Source: a virus (lineage: Duplodnaviria; Caudoviricetes). From it: a DNA stretch of 40,199 nt. This document shows, in pieces, positions 25,918 through 37,100 of the stretch. How positions within the stretch are numbered: position 1 is the stretch's first letter; every line of letters starts with the position of its first letter. Position numbers and translations under genes: made by a program. The notes below the pieces were generated by a model. That model did not search any database. It was not told where the DNA came from and saw only the letters and a program-made list of their open reading frames with translations. The stretch covers positions 1 to 40,199 of IMG/VR virus record IMGVR_UViG_3300032272_000036, one strand, 5' to 3'.

Positions 25918-26352
25918 ATGATCGTATCATTAGGCGCAAGGACAACGGACGGCACGAATGCTGCAGCCGCATGGGAAATAAGCACTGCAGCAACACCAGG
26001 GAGAGCAAGAGTTGTTGAAATTGGATTCTTTCTCGCTGCTGCTACTACCACGACAATAGGCCTAGGCCGTCCCGCCGCAATTGGAGTCACACCAACAAGT
26101 CCGGTTGATTTTTTGCCAGAAGATCCAAACGATGTTTTGGCGTCAGGAGTTGTCCAATCGGCAGTGGCTTGGGGAACTGGTCCAACAGTCCCAACCGCAT
26201 TTTTGCGGAGAATAAGTTTCCCGGCCACAATCGGAACCGGTGTTATTTGGACATTTCCTGAAGGATTGGTTATCCCTGTTTCGTCAAGCATAGTCCTGTG
26301 GAATCTTGACACAAATAGCGTTTTGGATGTGTATGCGAGGGTGGAGATTTAA
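25918..26352 (+). CDS. hypothetical virion protein
   Basis: 144-aa ORF with GGGGA RBS. Confidence 0.65.
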   Translation: MIVSLGARTTDGTNAAAAWEISTAATPGRARVVEIGFFLAAATTTTIGLGRPAAIGVTPTSPVDFLPEDPNDVLASGVVQSAVAWGTGPTVPTAFLRRISFPATIGTGVIWTFPEGLVIPVSSSIVLWNLDTNSVLDVYARVEI

Positions 26353-26355
26353 GCC

Positions 26356-27552
26356 GTGGGACTCTTGCCACCAACAATATTCAGGCCAATTAGCCGGGCA
26401 ACTGTCTCCCCAAGGCCGTCAACGCTAATCCTGAAGACGTTCGCAGGATACGCAGACGCAAGTTATGATACCAGCTTGTCAAGCAATACCACAAACCTTA
26501 CAGCTGGATCTGTTGGTATAGCAAGCGTATATCCTGCCGCTCAAGTAGACACAACAAGAACACTGTACTTTGAGTGGTATTCATCTGGCGACGGGATAAC
26601 AGCTGGATCGGATGGGGTTTTTAGCCCAATACTCTCCTCTAACACGTCAGATATTGTTACAGGCACCTCTGGAACGTACCTAGAGGCTACATTTTTAAGC
26701 TCCAACACCTCAGACATAACAGCTAGTACTTACGGTGACTTGTGGCTTGATAGCGCAAAGAAAAACTGGATAGCATGGTCTGATGTGGGTAGCCTTGATT
26801 TCTCCATTAAGCAATCAAACGTTGCCGGTAACATGCCACTTGATTGGGAGGGATATGTCCATAATATTCACAAATTAAACGACAAGGTTATCGCTTATGG
26901 CGTGAATGGGGTTTCAATTCTTACGCCAGCTGGTAAGGCATACGGACTAAACACAATCCACAAGTCAGGGCTTAAGGGACGTGATGCTTTTGCAGGAAAT
27001 GACTTTGTGCATTATTTTATTGATAATCTTGGGTGCTTATACAGCCTTTCTGATCAGCTCAGGAAACATGATTACAGGGAATATTTATCCCTGTTGACCA
27101 ATCCAGTGTTAACCCTGGATGAAGACAACAACCTGCTTTATATCTGTGACGGGACAACCGGGTATGTTTACTCTCCTGAAGATAAAAGTCTTGGCAAAGG
27201 CCCTGTGAATGTTACTGGTGTTGGTAGGTCGTTAACCGCATCGTCAGGAATCGTGACTACCCCTGTGTTTGAAATATGCACAGACATTTTCGATTTTGGA
27301 ACACGTAGGATGAAATCAGTATACCAACTTGAATTTAGTACTGACGTATCTGGGGTGTTGTCTGCGGCTATTGATTACAGAGAAAGCAAATCTGCATCAT
27401 TCACAACAACACCATGGGAAACTGTGCATGAACGTGGTATAGTGAAGATAATTAGAAAAGGAATCGAGTTTAGATTTAGAGCTAAACTTGCAGCGTATGA
27501 ATATTTTGAAATGGACAGCCTGACAATTGACGGGCATGTCCACGTTCATTGA
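26356..27552 (+). CDS. tail nozzle/stabilisation-like protein, C-terminal part
   Basis: NWIAWSDVG...propeller blades...TDIFDFGT...FRFR tail; SSNT repeats in the N-terminal third. Confidence 0.55.
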   Translation: MGLLPPTIFRPISRATVSPRPSTLILKTFAGYADASYDTSLSSNTTNLTAGSVGIASVYPAAQVDTTRTLYFEWYSSGDGITAGSDGVFSPILSSNTSDIVTGTSGTYLEATFLSSNTSDITASTYGDLWLDSAKKNWIAWSDVGSLDFSIKQSNVAGNMPLDWEGYVHNIHKLNDKVIAYGVNGVSILTPAGKAYGLNTIHKSGLKGRDAFAGNDFVHYFIDNLGCLYSLSDQLRKHDYREYLSLLTNPVLTLDEDNNLLYICDGTTGYVYSPEDKSLGKGPVNVTGVGRSLTASSGIVTTPVFEICTDIFDFGTRRMKSVYQLEFSTDVSGVLSAAIDYRESKSASFTTTPWETVHERGIVKIIRKGIEFRFRAKLAAYEYFEMDSLTIDGHVHVH

Positions 27553-27561
27553 GGAGAGATA

Positions 27562-27894
27562 ATGGATCAGGAAATAAAAGATTATATCGACCAAAAGATT
27601 GAGGGTATCTACTTATCTCTCACTGAAATAGTCGGAAGCGCAATGGCTCACCAAGCTTTTTGCAACAAGACAAACACGAAGTTTTACAAAGACCATCCTG
27701 AATTTAAGGAACATAAGGAGATTGTCGCTTCTGTTGTAGAGATGGTTGACGGTGAGAATCCAGGAATTAAATATGATGAAATCTTGGAGAAAGCTATTCC
27801 AAAAATCAGGGAAAGAATATTCATGACAAAAAACATGAACGTTTCAACCGTAGAACCTCCCAAGAATATGGACTTTGGCAACGGAGAAATATAA
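27562..27894 (+). CDS. hypothetical protein
   Basis: GAGGAG RBS; FYKDHPEF. Confidence 0.7.
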   Translation: MDQEIKDYIDQKIEGIYLSLTEIVGSAMAHQAFCNKTNTKFYKDHPEFKEHKEIVASVVEMVDGENPGIKYDEILEKAIPKIRERIFMTKNMNVSTVEPPKNMDFGNGEI

Positions 27895-28331
27895 TGTTGA
27901 TCAAACTCATACCTAAGCAAATACCTGTTTTTTGGGATGTGATAAAATATGGATGCAAGAACGCTGACACCTTACACCATGAAAATTACCAGCCATATTT
28001 TAACGAACTACTTCATGCCCTACTATCAGACAAGGCCCAGTGTTTTGTTAGGTTGAGCGACGATAGGAGGATTGTAGCTGTTTTAGTTACTCGTTTTATC
28101 GGCAACAAGATCACCGGAGAAAAACACTTCCATCTACAATGTGCTTATTCTTTCCAGGCAGAACCAAAATCAACATGGGAGGAAGACCATAAAGTATTAT
28201 TGGATATAGCACTAAAGTCAAAATGCACAAAAATCACCTTTGACACAAGCAACCCAAAGCTAGGAAGGCTCGCTATGGGGTTAGGGTTTAAAGAGGTTTC
28301 CAGATCGTATTGCTATATGATAGGGGGTTGA
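27894..28331 (+). CDS. GNAT-like virion assembly protein (P22 gp14/T7 gp13 position)
   Basis: size, position before the ejection genes, C-terminal LAMGLGFKE. Confidence 0.55.
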   Translation: MLIKLIPKQIPVFWDVIKYGCKNADTLHHENYQPYFNELLHALLSDKAQCFVRLSDDRRIVAVLVTRFIGNKITGEKHFHLQCAYSFQAEPKSTWEEDHKVLLDIALKSKCTKITFDTSNPKLGRLAMGLGFKEVSRSYCYMIGG

Positions 28332-28332
28332 T

Positions 28333-29241
28333 ATGGGTGGAAGCAGTAGTGGAGGGGACAGCGAACAGACAATTAGATACGCTCCTTATATTGAAGAAAA
28401 GCACACCTCGTTTCTTGATGAAGTTCAGTCACAACGTATAACTGCCGTAGCTAACGACCCATTTTCTGGCTACACCGACATTGAAGTAGATGACGCGTTT
28501 TTTGGAACTGGATACACAATAACGTCTTTTCCTTCTCTGTACGATATGTATGGCAAGTTCATGGCAGGTCTGGACATTGACGCGCTCTATACTGAAACAT
28601 TTGAAAACGTAGTAAACTCCCCTGTTGTGAATGATTTAGTTTCAGCCGAGTCTGCTTTGATGGATGATGACATAGAGGAGAACTCATATCCCAGGTTAGA
28701 GTTGGGGTCTAGAGACCTGAACGCCTATAACGGCAGCACAATGTTGATAGCCAAGGCACTTATTGAATCTGGAAAAGTAAAGGCAATTGAAAAGTTTTCC
28801 GCTCAACTAAAGTACAACCTTATTCCTGTAGCACAAAGCACATGGCAAACGCATCTCCAGTGGAACCAAAAAGTGGTTGGTGTTTATTCAGAGATAATGA
28901 AATTTTACTTCTCGGCTAGGGCAGACATTGACGAGGTGAATTATGCCATGGCTGCCAAAAGTGCACTTTGGCCTTTCACCGTTCTTGACTTTGAACGTGC
29001 AGCCTTGGGAGCGTTACAGGGCGCAACTGTGCAGAAAACAGACGTTGCTGGAGCATCTACCGCCTCACGGGTATTAAGTGGTGCTTTGAGCGGTGCAGCC
29101 ATGGGTGCGATGGTTGGTAATCAGATCGCACCAGCAACAACTGCAGGAGTTGCCGGGGCAACAGCGACCTCTGCTGGAGGTGCTGGATGGGGAGCTCTTG
29201 GTGGCGCGGTGTTGGGTATTGGTGCAGCTCTTACATATTAA
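28333..29241 (+). CDS. ejection (internal virion) protein, paralogue 1
   Basis: MGGSSSGG start; C-terminal Gly/Ala zipper. Confidence 0.65.
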   Translation: MGGSSSGGDSEQTIRYAPYIEEKHTSFLDEVQSQRITAVANDPFSGYTDIEVDDAFFGTGYTITSFPSLYDMYGKFMAGLDIDALYTETFENVVNSPVVNDLVSAESALMDDDIEENSYPRLELGSRDLNAYNGSTMLIAKALIESGKVKAIEKFSAQLKYNLIPVAQSTWQTHLQWNQKVVGVYSEIMKFYFSARADIDEVNYAMAAKSALWPFTVLDFERAALGALQGATVQKTDVAGASTASRVLSGALSGAAMGAMVGNQIAPATTAGVAGATATSAGGAGWGALGGAVLGIGAALTY

Positions 29242-29254
29242 GACAAGGTGAAAA

Positions 29255-30109
29255 ATGGGAAGCAGTAGCAGCTCAAGCGATCAGGAAACAACCTTAAGAT
29301 TCGCCCCATATCTTGAAGAGAAGCACTCTTCCGCCCTCGAGCTGTCGTTTAGCACTGGAGCAGCGGTAATAGACAACTCCCCTTTCGCCTCATACGATCC
29401 ACCTTCAGCAGACGACGCATTTTTTGGCGTTGGGTTTATGTTAACAAGCTTTCCAGGGATGTACGATTCTTTTGGAAAATTTATGGCTGGTCTTGACCTA
29501 GACTCGTTATTTACTCAGACATTTATTGACAAAGTATTAAACGCAGACGATCCAGTTCCTACTGAGGTGGCAATACTTGAAGATGCTATTGAGCAGGGTC
29601 AGGAACAAAAAATACTAGCAAGAAGCTTGAATGCGTCAACCGGAAGCACGTTTGTGGTTTCACAGGCAAACATTGAACAAAGTAGAGTGAAAAGGATAGC
29701 AGAGCTTAGGTTGACCATAAGATATGGCTTAGTTGCTGGCGCTGTTAAGGCGTGGAACGATACGCTTAGATGGCAGGATGACCTTGTTACAAGATATGCT
29801 GAATCGTTAAAAGATTATTACCTTTGCAGGATTAACGCGAACGATTTTGGTTACAAGATGAATTCCAATAGCGCACTATGGCCTTTCAACGTCCTTGGGT
29901 TTGAAATGGACATGCTGGCGTCAATGCGTGGGTCTAGAGCTATAAGGACGATGACCGAACGGGAAAGGTCTAAAGTATCGAAAGGACTATTGGTTGCAAG
30001 TTACACATGGTCAGGTGCCCAGATAGGTTCATATTTTCCCCCATACGGAACAATAATTGGAGCAGTAGTTGGTTTTGTCGTAGGTGTAGCAATTATGTTA
30101 TTAGAGTAA
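29255..30109 (+). CDS. ejection (internal virion) protein, paralogue 2
   Basis: shares R.APY.EEKH, DDAFFG.G, FGKFMAGLD and SALWPF with paralogue 1. Confidence 0.65.
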   Translation: MGSSSSSSDQETTLRFAPYLEEKHSSALELSFSTGAAVIDNSPFASYDPPSADDAFFGVGFMLTSFPGMYDSFGKFMAGLDLDSLFTQTFIDKVLNADDPVPTEVAILEDAIEQGQEQKILARSLNASTGSTFVVSQANIEQSRVKRIAELRLTIRYGLVAGAVKAWNDTLRWQDDLVTRYAESLKDYYLCRINANDFGYKMNSNSALWPFNVLGFEMDMLASMRGSRAIRTMTERERSKVSKGLLVASYTWSGAQIGSYFPPYGTIIGAVVGFVVGVAIMLLE

Positions 30110-30121
30110 CAGGAGAAAAAA

Positions 30122-31174
30122 ATGGCTTATTCAGATTATAATGGCCGGAGTTCAGCACTGAAGAGAATAGGTGGCATAGACAGAGAGAAAGAAAAAGCGA
30201 ACTTCCTGGCACTATCGAAACCAGGAGACAACACTGCCCAACCGGTCCGCTCAATAACTCCACCAACAACGCCACCAGAGGAGGAAGTAGAGCAACCATT
30301 GCAACCGATGTCCAGGGATGCGTTGGGAGAACCAACAACTCCAGATAAGAACACTGTGCCTGATCGTGGCGCAACTGTACTTGGAATTCCAGTTGACAAG
30401 TTTGCGCAGATAGCCGGCGGATTGGGTTCCGCGTTTGCTCCTAATACCCCAATGGGAAGAGTTGGAGCATTCGCCTCAAACCTCGCTGGACAGAACATCG
30501 CTGAAAAGTCGCGCAGTGATGCTATGGAGGCAAACAGGGCACAGCTAATAGCAGACAGAAACGCTGCCCGTGCAATAACTGTTGAAGATAGGGCAGATGC
30601 GCGTAGATACCAGGAAGATATCACGACAAAGAACAGGGAAGATGTCAGAAGATACAATGAAGAGTTGACCGCAGAAACTAGAGCATACAACGAACCTCTC
30701 CGAGAATTACAGATAAAAAATGCTGAGAGGCAATTGAGCAAAAAAGAAACCCCAACAGAGTTCGGGGCGTTCAGGTCTGGGCAGATCCAAAAAGGAATAA
30801 CAGACGAGTCCAAAATAGTTGAGAATTACAAGGCTCTAAGCAAGACCGGTGCCTCCAAGACAGGTGGAGAAAAGTATCCTGCAATCCTGAAGAGATGGGA
30901 GAACCAAGATAATATTGACGATAATGGAAACGTTAAAAGCGGCCTCGCCCAGCTAAAAGAAGGAGTTGCGCAAGGAGATCCTGTAGCCTTGAAAGAATAC
31001 CCGGAAGTGGCCCAACAACTAGGCAGATTGCCAAAGGGTGAAGTACGGCCAATTGTTAAAAGCGATACCGGAGAAATAGTGTATTTTTACCCAAAAAATG
31101 GTAAGATTTATGACGTAGATGGAAAACAAATAAAAACGTCAAAATTAGAAAACACTCTCATAAAGGCGCATTAA
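30122..31174 (+). CDS. ejection protein (gp20-like position)
   Basis: Gly-rich segment plus coiled coil; lies between the small and giant ejection genes. Confidence 0.6.
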   Translation: MAYSDYNGRSSALKRIGGIDREKEKANFLALSKPGDNTAQPVRSITPPTTPPEEEVEQPLQPMSRDALGEPTTPDKNTVPDRGATVLGIPVDKFAQIAGGLGSAFAPNTPMGRVGAFASNLAGQNIAEKSRSDAMEANRAQLIADRNAARAITVEDRADARRYQEDITTKNREDVRRYNEELTAETRAYNEPLRELQIKNAERQLSKKETPTEFGAFRSGQIQKGITDESKIVENYKALSKTGASKTGGEKYPAILKRWENQDNIDDNGNVKSGLAQLKEGVAQGDPVALKEYPEVAQQLGRLPKGEVRPIVKSDTGEIVYFYPKNGKIYDVDGKQIKTSKLENTLIKAH

Positions 31175-34100
31175 ATGGCACTTCCACAAGGGTTCAGCGA
31201 AATCGGTTCACCTCCAGCAGAAGAGCAAAGCACAATAGAGCCACAAGGCTCTTCAGGGCTCCCCTCTGGCTTTACGGAGATAGGAGACGTTCAGGCTAAA
31301 GTTGAACCATTGCCTGAATTAGAAGCAAAAACAGGGACAACGGCTGGAGACTACGGAAGGTCGTTGGCTGTTGGACTAAACAGGTTTGGGCAGACAATTG
31401 GTCGTACTATTGATGTTGTTGGCAATATTGACCCCACAGGACTGTTAGACAAGGCAGGGCAGGGGATAGAATCATTTTATAAAGAAAAAGAAGCAGAAGA
31501 TCTGGCCGCAATGTCACCGGCAATGAAGGAAGCCCAGTCATTAAAGTATACCACAGACGTTAAAGAGTCATGGAGAGACGCGCCACTCAAGAACTTCAAG
31601 AGCATTTTTCAAGGCGAAGCATGGAAGAGCCCTACAAAGATAGTTAGCAGTTTGCTACAATCTGCACCAAGTACCGTTGTGGGTATGGGTACTGGAGTTG
31701 GTATAACCGGAAGTCTAATCAAGAAGGGTGTTTCATCTGGACTTGCTGGAGTAATTGGTGGGTTTGTGGGTGAGGGCGGAACCGCTGCGATTGAGTCTGG
31801 AAAAGATGTTTACGACTTGGTTATAAGCGCTCCTACTGACATAATTTCAAAAACTCCAGAGTTCCAGAAGGCCATGCAAGCACTTTCGTCTGAGCAATTA
31901 ACGGACGAGGAAAAAGAAAAGCAAGTAAGAGAACTTATAGCAGATCATGCGGCGATGAAATCTATGGCAAAAGTTTTCACAGCCACCGGATTACTTGGCA
32001 GCGTATCTGGCCACTACATGGGAAAACTGCTTGGCGGTGAAGCAACTGGTGGACTTTCCAGAAAAGCACTTACTGAGGGTAGTCTTGAGGCTTTACAGGA
32101 GACCCCGCAGAGTGGATATGAAGTACTCGAACAAAACTTCCAAAAGAAAAAGTTTGTAGATCCAAACCAAGATATATGGCAAGGCGTAAAGGAAGCCAGT
32201 GTTGAGGGAGGTGTGCAGGGGTTTGTGATGGGTACCGGTATGGGAGGTGGAGCTGCTGCCATGACTTCACCACGTGCCGTTGTAAGTCAAAAACAAGCCG
32301 ACACCGCAGCAACCACAAACATGAAAGTAAATGGGTTTGTTTCTTCTGACGATTCCGCAGCCGGTGTTGATATTGTGGGAGGGTTTGGTTTTGTCAACGA
32401 ACCTCTGGAAAAAGTAATAGATACCCTCACCAGCGCTCCCATGAACGTGCTTACCGATCAACTAACAGACGATGTACTTTCCTCAGAACATTTCCAGCGT
32501 ATTATCAGAGAGCTTTCCCAATCAGGAGTAGCACCAGAAGACATGAAGGCTGCAATCATTGAAAGAGTAGTACCAACAATGACTGCAAGTTTACAGCTCG
32601 GCATTGCGCTGAGAGAGACGACAACCGTACAGAGGAGACAATTACTCTCAGACCTAAATAACGTTCAAGATCCAAAGTCAAGAATCAAAGCCGTTGAACA
32701 GATAGAAAAGGGTATTTCAGATCAAAGACTTGCAAAGTCATGGGCTAACTCCGCAATTGATAGAATAAATGCAGGTTCCCAGATAAGCTACGACCAATCA
32801 TTAATTGACTTCGCCTCCCAAGATGAAGAGTCATTAAAAGCAATGCGTGAAGCAACAGTTGATACTGCAAATGCCAATTTCAAGGAAGACCTACGGCGAA
32901 AACTAGACAACCTGAAAAAACACAAAAAGCCTACTGACAGAGTAAAATCAAATATAATCACCATCGAGCACCAACTTGGGCAAATAGAACAGGAAGAGGC
33001 AAGCAGTGCTACGTCACAAGTTGAATCTCAGCCATCAACCCAGCAAGAGGAAAAAGAATCTCAGCCATCCTCAGAGCTCCAAAAGGCACAAGAGGGAAAC
33101 CAGAGAGGAGCTGAAGAAGAAATACTAAATTCTATGGCAGACACTCAACAGTCCATAAATGTCCAAGACGAAGTAAAAGGACGCCGCCAACGATTCAACA
33201 AGTTGCAAGATGACGCTCTGATGGATCAGTTTGTGGATGATGCTGAAGAAATAAAGAGACAGAACGACCCGGTGAAATTGGCACAGGAAAACGCAAATCT
33301 GCACAACAGCGTTATGAACAAGCTAAAGTCTGACCAGCCTTTAAGCGAAAAGGAAGAAGCGTACAAACAGGAATACCTTACAGCACAGCGTGAACAGAAG
33401 AATAAAACAGAGAAGTTGAAGAAAGAGCGGGAAGAGCTTCTTGCTTACGAAAACTCATACTCACCAATGCCAGGAGAACAAGCTGCAAGAGACAGAAATT
33501 TAGAGAACCAGTTCGTAGACGATGCCATCGACATTGAACAGCAGGACACCGACAAGACATTTCCCCGGGAAATAAAAGCCCACGAGCAGAATGTAAAGCA
33601 GCAACGCCAAGAGTTCATCGACAAGAATAAGAAAGCAAGAACCAAAAAGATCCACGACGAACTAAACAAGAAGTACAGCGACAAAGAATCTGCCGGCGTT
33701 ATTGCCATGGCCGACCCTGAGATGTTGAAACAGGCGAAGAAAGAAGCTGATACCATAGTTAGGTCAAATCCTGTTTACGAGCAAAAAGCAGCTATCAAGA
33801 AGAGTGGTGGGCTAAATCTCTCACAAGCCAAGGAACTTTACGGTGACAGCGTGACAGGTGCATACCCTGGCCTATTTTCCATGAAAGTTCCAGGCGGCCC
33901 CACCCCACTCGACATAGACACCACAGCAACCGAATACGGATACAAGAACGCAGATGAAATGTTCAAAGCGTTCGCACAGGCTCCTACAATAAAGAGTGAG
34001 ACAGCAAAGCTCGTGCAGCAATACGAGCAAGAGTGGTCAAGAGCCCAGGCTGACCAAGAAGCTGCTGGAGTAGTAACAGCCAAAGAAATACGAAAAGAGG

Positions 34101-37100
34101 CAGAAGCAGCAGGTGTTCAGACAAAGCAAAGTATAGCGCAAGAAGAGCTCCTACAGCCTACCGACAAGATAAGCGGAGAAAAAGGAATAACAGCAAACAA
34201 AGCTATTGAGATGTTTGCCGCAGGTGACTCTACTGTTATGGGTCACGTAGAGGAAGAAATAAAGCGGCATGGTGTCAAAGCTATGCAAGACGTATTGCTT
34301 AACAAACTAATGCTTAAAGTTGCACAAACTCCCAAAGGAGAAGCGCGTCAAAAAATACTTAAAAACATATCACCCTTGGAGGCTAAGGCTAAAGAATTAT
34401 TTTCTCTTGCAGAGGCAGCCGAGGAAGTAGAACCAACCACCAAGCGCCAACGCATAAAAGAGAAGTTGGCAGCAAAAACAACAGCCAAACCAACGGCTAA
34501 ACCAGAAAAAGTTGCCACCAGTTTATCTGATGAAAAAACGCCAACGATAGCAGAGGTTGACGCTGACATTAAGTTTTCAAAGTCAAGACCTGAATCCAAA
34601 GCCTCAAACCAATCCGACATAAGATCCGAGCTGTCCCAACCCGGCAACTTAGGCCGACTAGGAGTGCGTAACTTAGAAAGCAAGGGGCTGTTAGAAATAA
34701 TAAACCCAGAAAAAGCAAAAGAGATACTCGTTGCTACCGGAGAGTTTTCGGAGAGAGACGACGCGGTAATGCAAGGATTTACCATGCCAGTGAACGGTAA
34801 GCCAAAGACTTTCCTGATTCAAGGCAACATAAAGAACGGCAGGGCAATGTCCGTAATGTTACACGAATTATCTGAACACGTATTTGAACTTGGGTTTATC
34901 GACTCAACACAGTATGGAAAAGTTCTTTCTCAACTAAAAAGAAAATCTAAACTCAACAGTAAAGAAGGATCAGAGATAAGGGCGGCATACGATGCAGTGC
35001 CAAAAGAGACGGACCCTAATCATGTTGACCGTGAGGTCATGGCCTACCTTATCGAACAGGGCAAGACAAACTTATCCATAGTCCGCAGATTCATAGCCGA
35101 GATAAAGAAAATCCTAGTCGAGAAGATGGGTATTAGCCCTGTAATCCTGAAAAACATTGACCTCCAAGCATTGGCGTTGAACGTGGTTAAGCGGGAGGCG
35201 CGGGGAACTGTTGGGGAATCATTACAGAATGGGATAAATGAATTTGCTCAAAACACAAACTTAGCGTTCAGCGAAGCGAAGAAGGCCATAACCTACAATC
35301 CAGCGTTCAGAAAGTGGTTTGGTGACAGTAAAGTTGTGGATGATAATGGGGAACCTTTGGTTGTTTATCATGGGACTGGTGCTGAGATATCCATTGAAGA
35401 TGGTTTCATCTTTGATTATGACAAAATAGGTGAGCAAGGCAGGTCTGAAGGAGCAGGTTTCTATTTCACATCTAATCGTAGAGTCGCTGAAGGGTATGGC
35501 GCAGATGGAACTATTATTGAAGCATACATGAGTATTCAAAAACCACTTGCTTATGACTCGCCCCCCTTTGATATTGATACTGTAGAAAAAATTATTAGTC
35601 GTATAGCTGAGATTGAGGCCAAAGACTACGAGATTGATATCGAAGATGGATTTTTGTCGAACTATGGCGACACACGATATGACGGTCTTGAAAATGTGGT
35701 TGCCTCAGCTGCTGAGGCTATAGCCGATGAGGAAACTGCATTAGATCAGCTTGGTGGATTTATTGGGTCTGGTGTCGAAGCATCACATGTTAACCAGGCG
35801 GTGAGGGATATCACTGGATATGATGGTGTAATAACAGGTGGCTTCGGTGGCAAAGGAAGTGAGGTGCCGATCTATGTTGCATTTTTCCCTGAACAAATAA
35901 AATCAATCTACAACACTGGAACATTCGACGCGAACAACCCAGACATAAGATTTTCCAAGACCGGCGAAAAAGTAACCGACAAACTAAGACGCTGGTTCGG
36001 TGCGTCAAAACTAAAAGACAAGTCGGGCAACCCCATTGTAGCCTACCACGGCTCACCAGAAGAGTTTTACGAGTTCGGCAATACCAATAAGCGAGGAAAG
36101 ACCGGACACACCTCTTCGGGGCTTGGAGACTTCTTCTCGCTCAACAAAAAAACATCATCAAAATACGGGAACGTAAAACCATTCTTTCTGAAGATGGAAA
36201 ACCCCTACATGATGTCCCTCGAAGAAAGCCAAAGTTTTAATACCCTGGCCGACTCGGTAAAAAGGCGAGAAGAGTTGCAAGGGCAAGGATACGATTCAAT
36301 CCTTATCAAAGTACCAGGGCTGAAAGAAGGTTCAATGAATCCATACCTGATTACTTTTGAGGGTAACCAAGTAAAGAGCGCGGATAATAACACCGGAGAG
36401 TATAGTCTTACTGATAACGATGTGCGGTATTCTATCGCAAAACAAGATTCCCCAGCACCGCAAGAGTCGATAGAAAACATAATGTCAAAACTCCGCAGCA
36501 CATCCACCACCAAGGCCGATGCTGCTAAATACGGAACGGAAAAAGAGCAAAATATGGTTGCCGAGTATCGGAAGCTTGCCTCTTTGGCAAAGGATTCACA
36601 CTCTTCCATAGCAACCAAACAGAAGATGATAGCATCATTTTTGAAAGTTGTCCCACCAGAAGTACGCGCCAAAGTTATTGCACCGTTGACTTTTATCAGC
36701 CGCTTTATGCAAGTAGGTGCACACGAAAAAAGGCTTGCAGAAACCATTGCACGCGCAGAAAAAGAACTTACCACGTACCTTAGAAAAGGTTTAATCTCAG
36801 ATATTCAAAAAGGAGTTAAGCCGAGCAAGCTTGCTAAAAACAGAGTTAAAAAATCAACTCTTGGTTATGAGGCTTCACGGGATCTTGACTTTATCAGGGA
36901 GACCTTAAAAGAAAAAGATATTCCCGGGAAGATTGCGTATATTGATAACCAAATTGTAGAGAAAGAACTTGAGATTGAAGAAAACGGAACAAAAAAGGCA
37001 GAGGAAGAATTGGCAGACCTTGAATCTCACAGAAACATCCTTGAAACATTTGGTAACATCAAAGAACAGAACCTTGAGGACTTGATTTTTGCAAAAGAAG

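Noticed and set aside
19469-30109. Paralogous pairs as a diversity-generating retroelement TR/VR
   Set aside because: No reverse transcriptase; divergence is across whole genes and not adenine-specific
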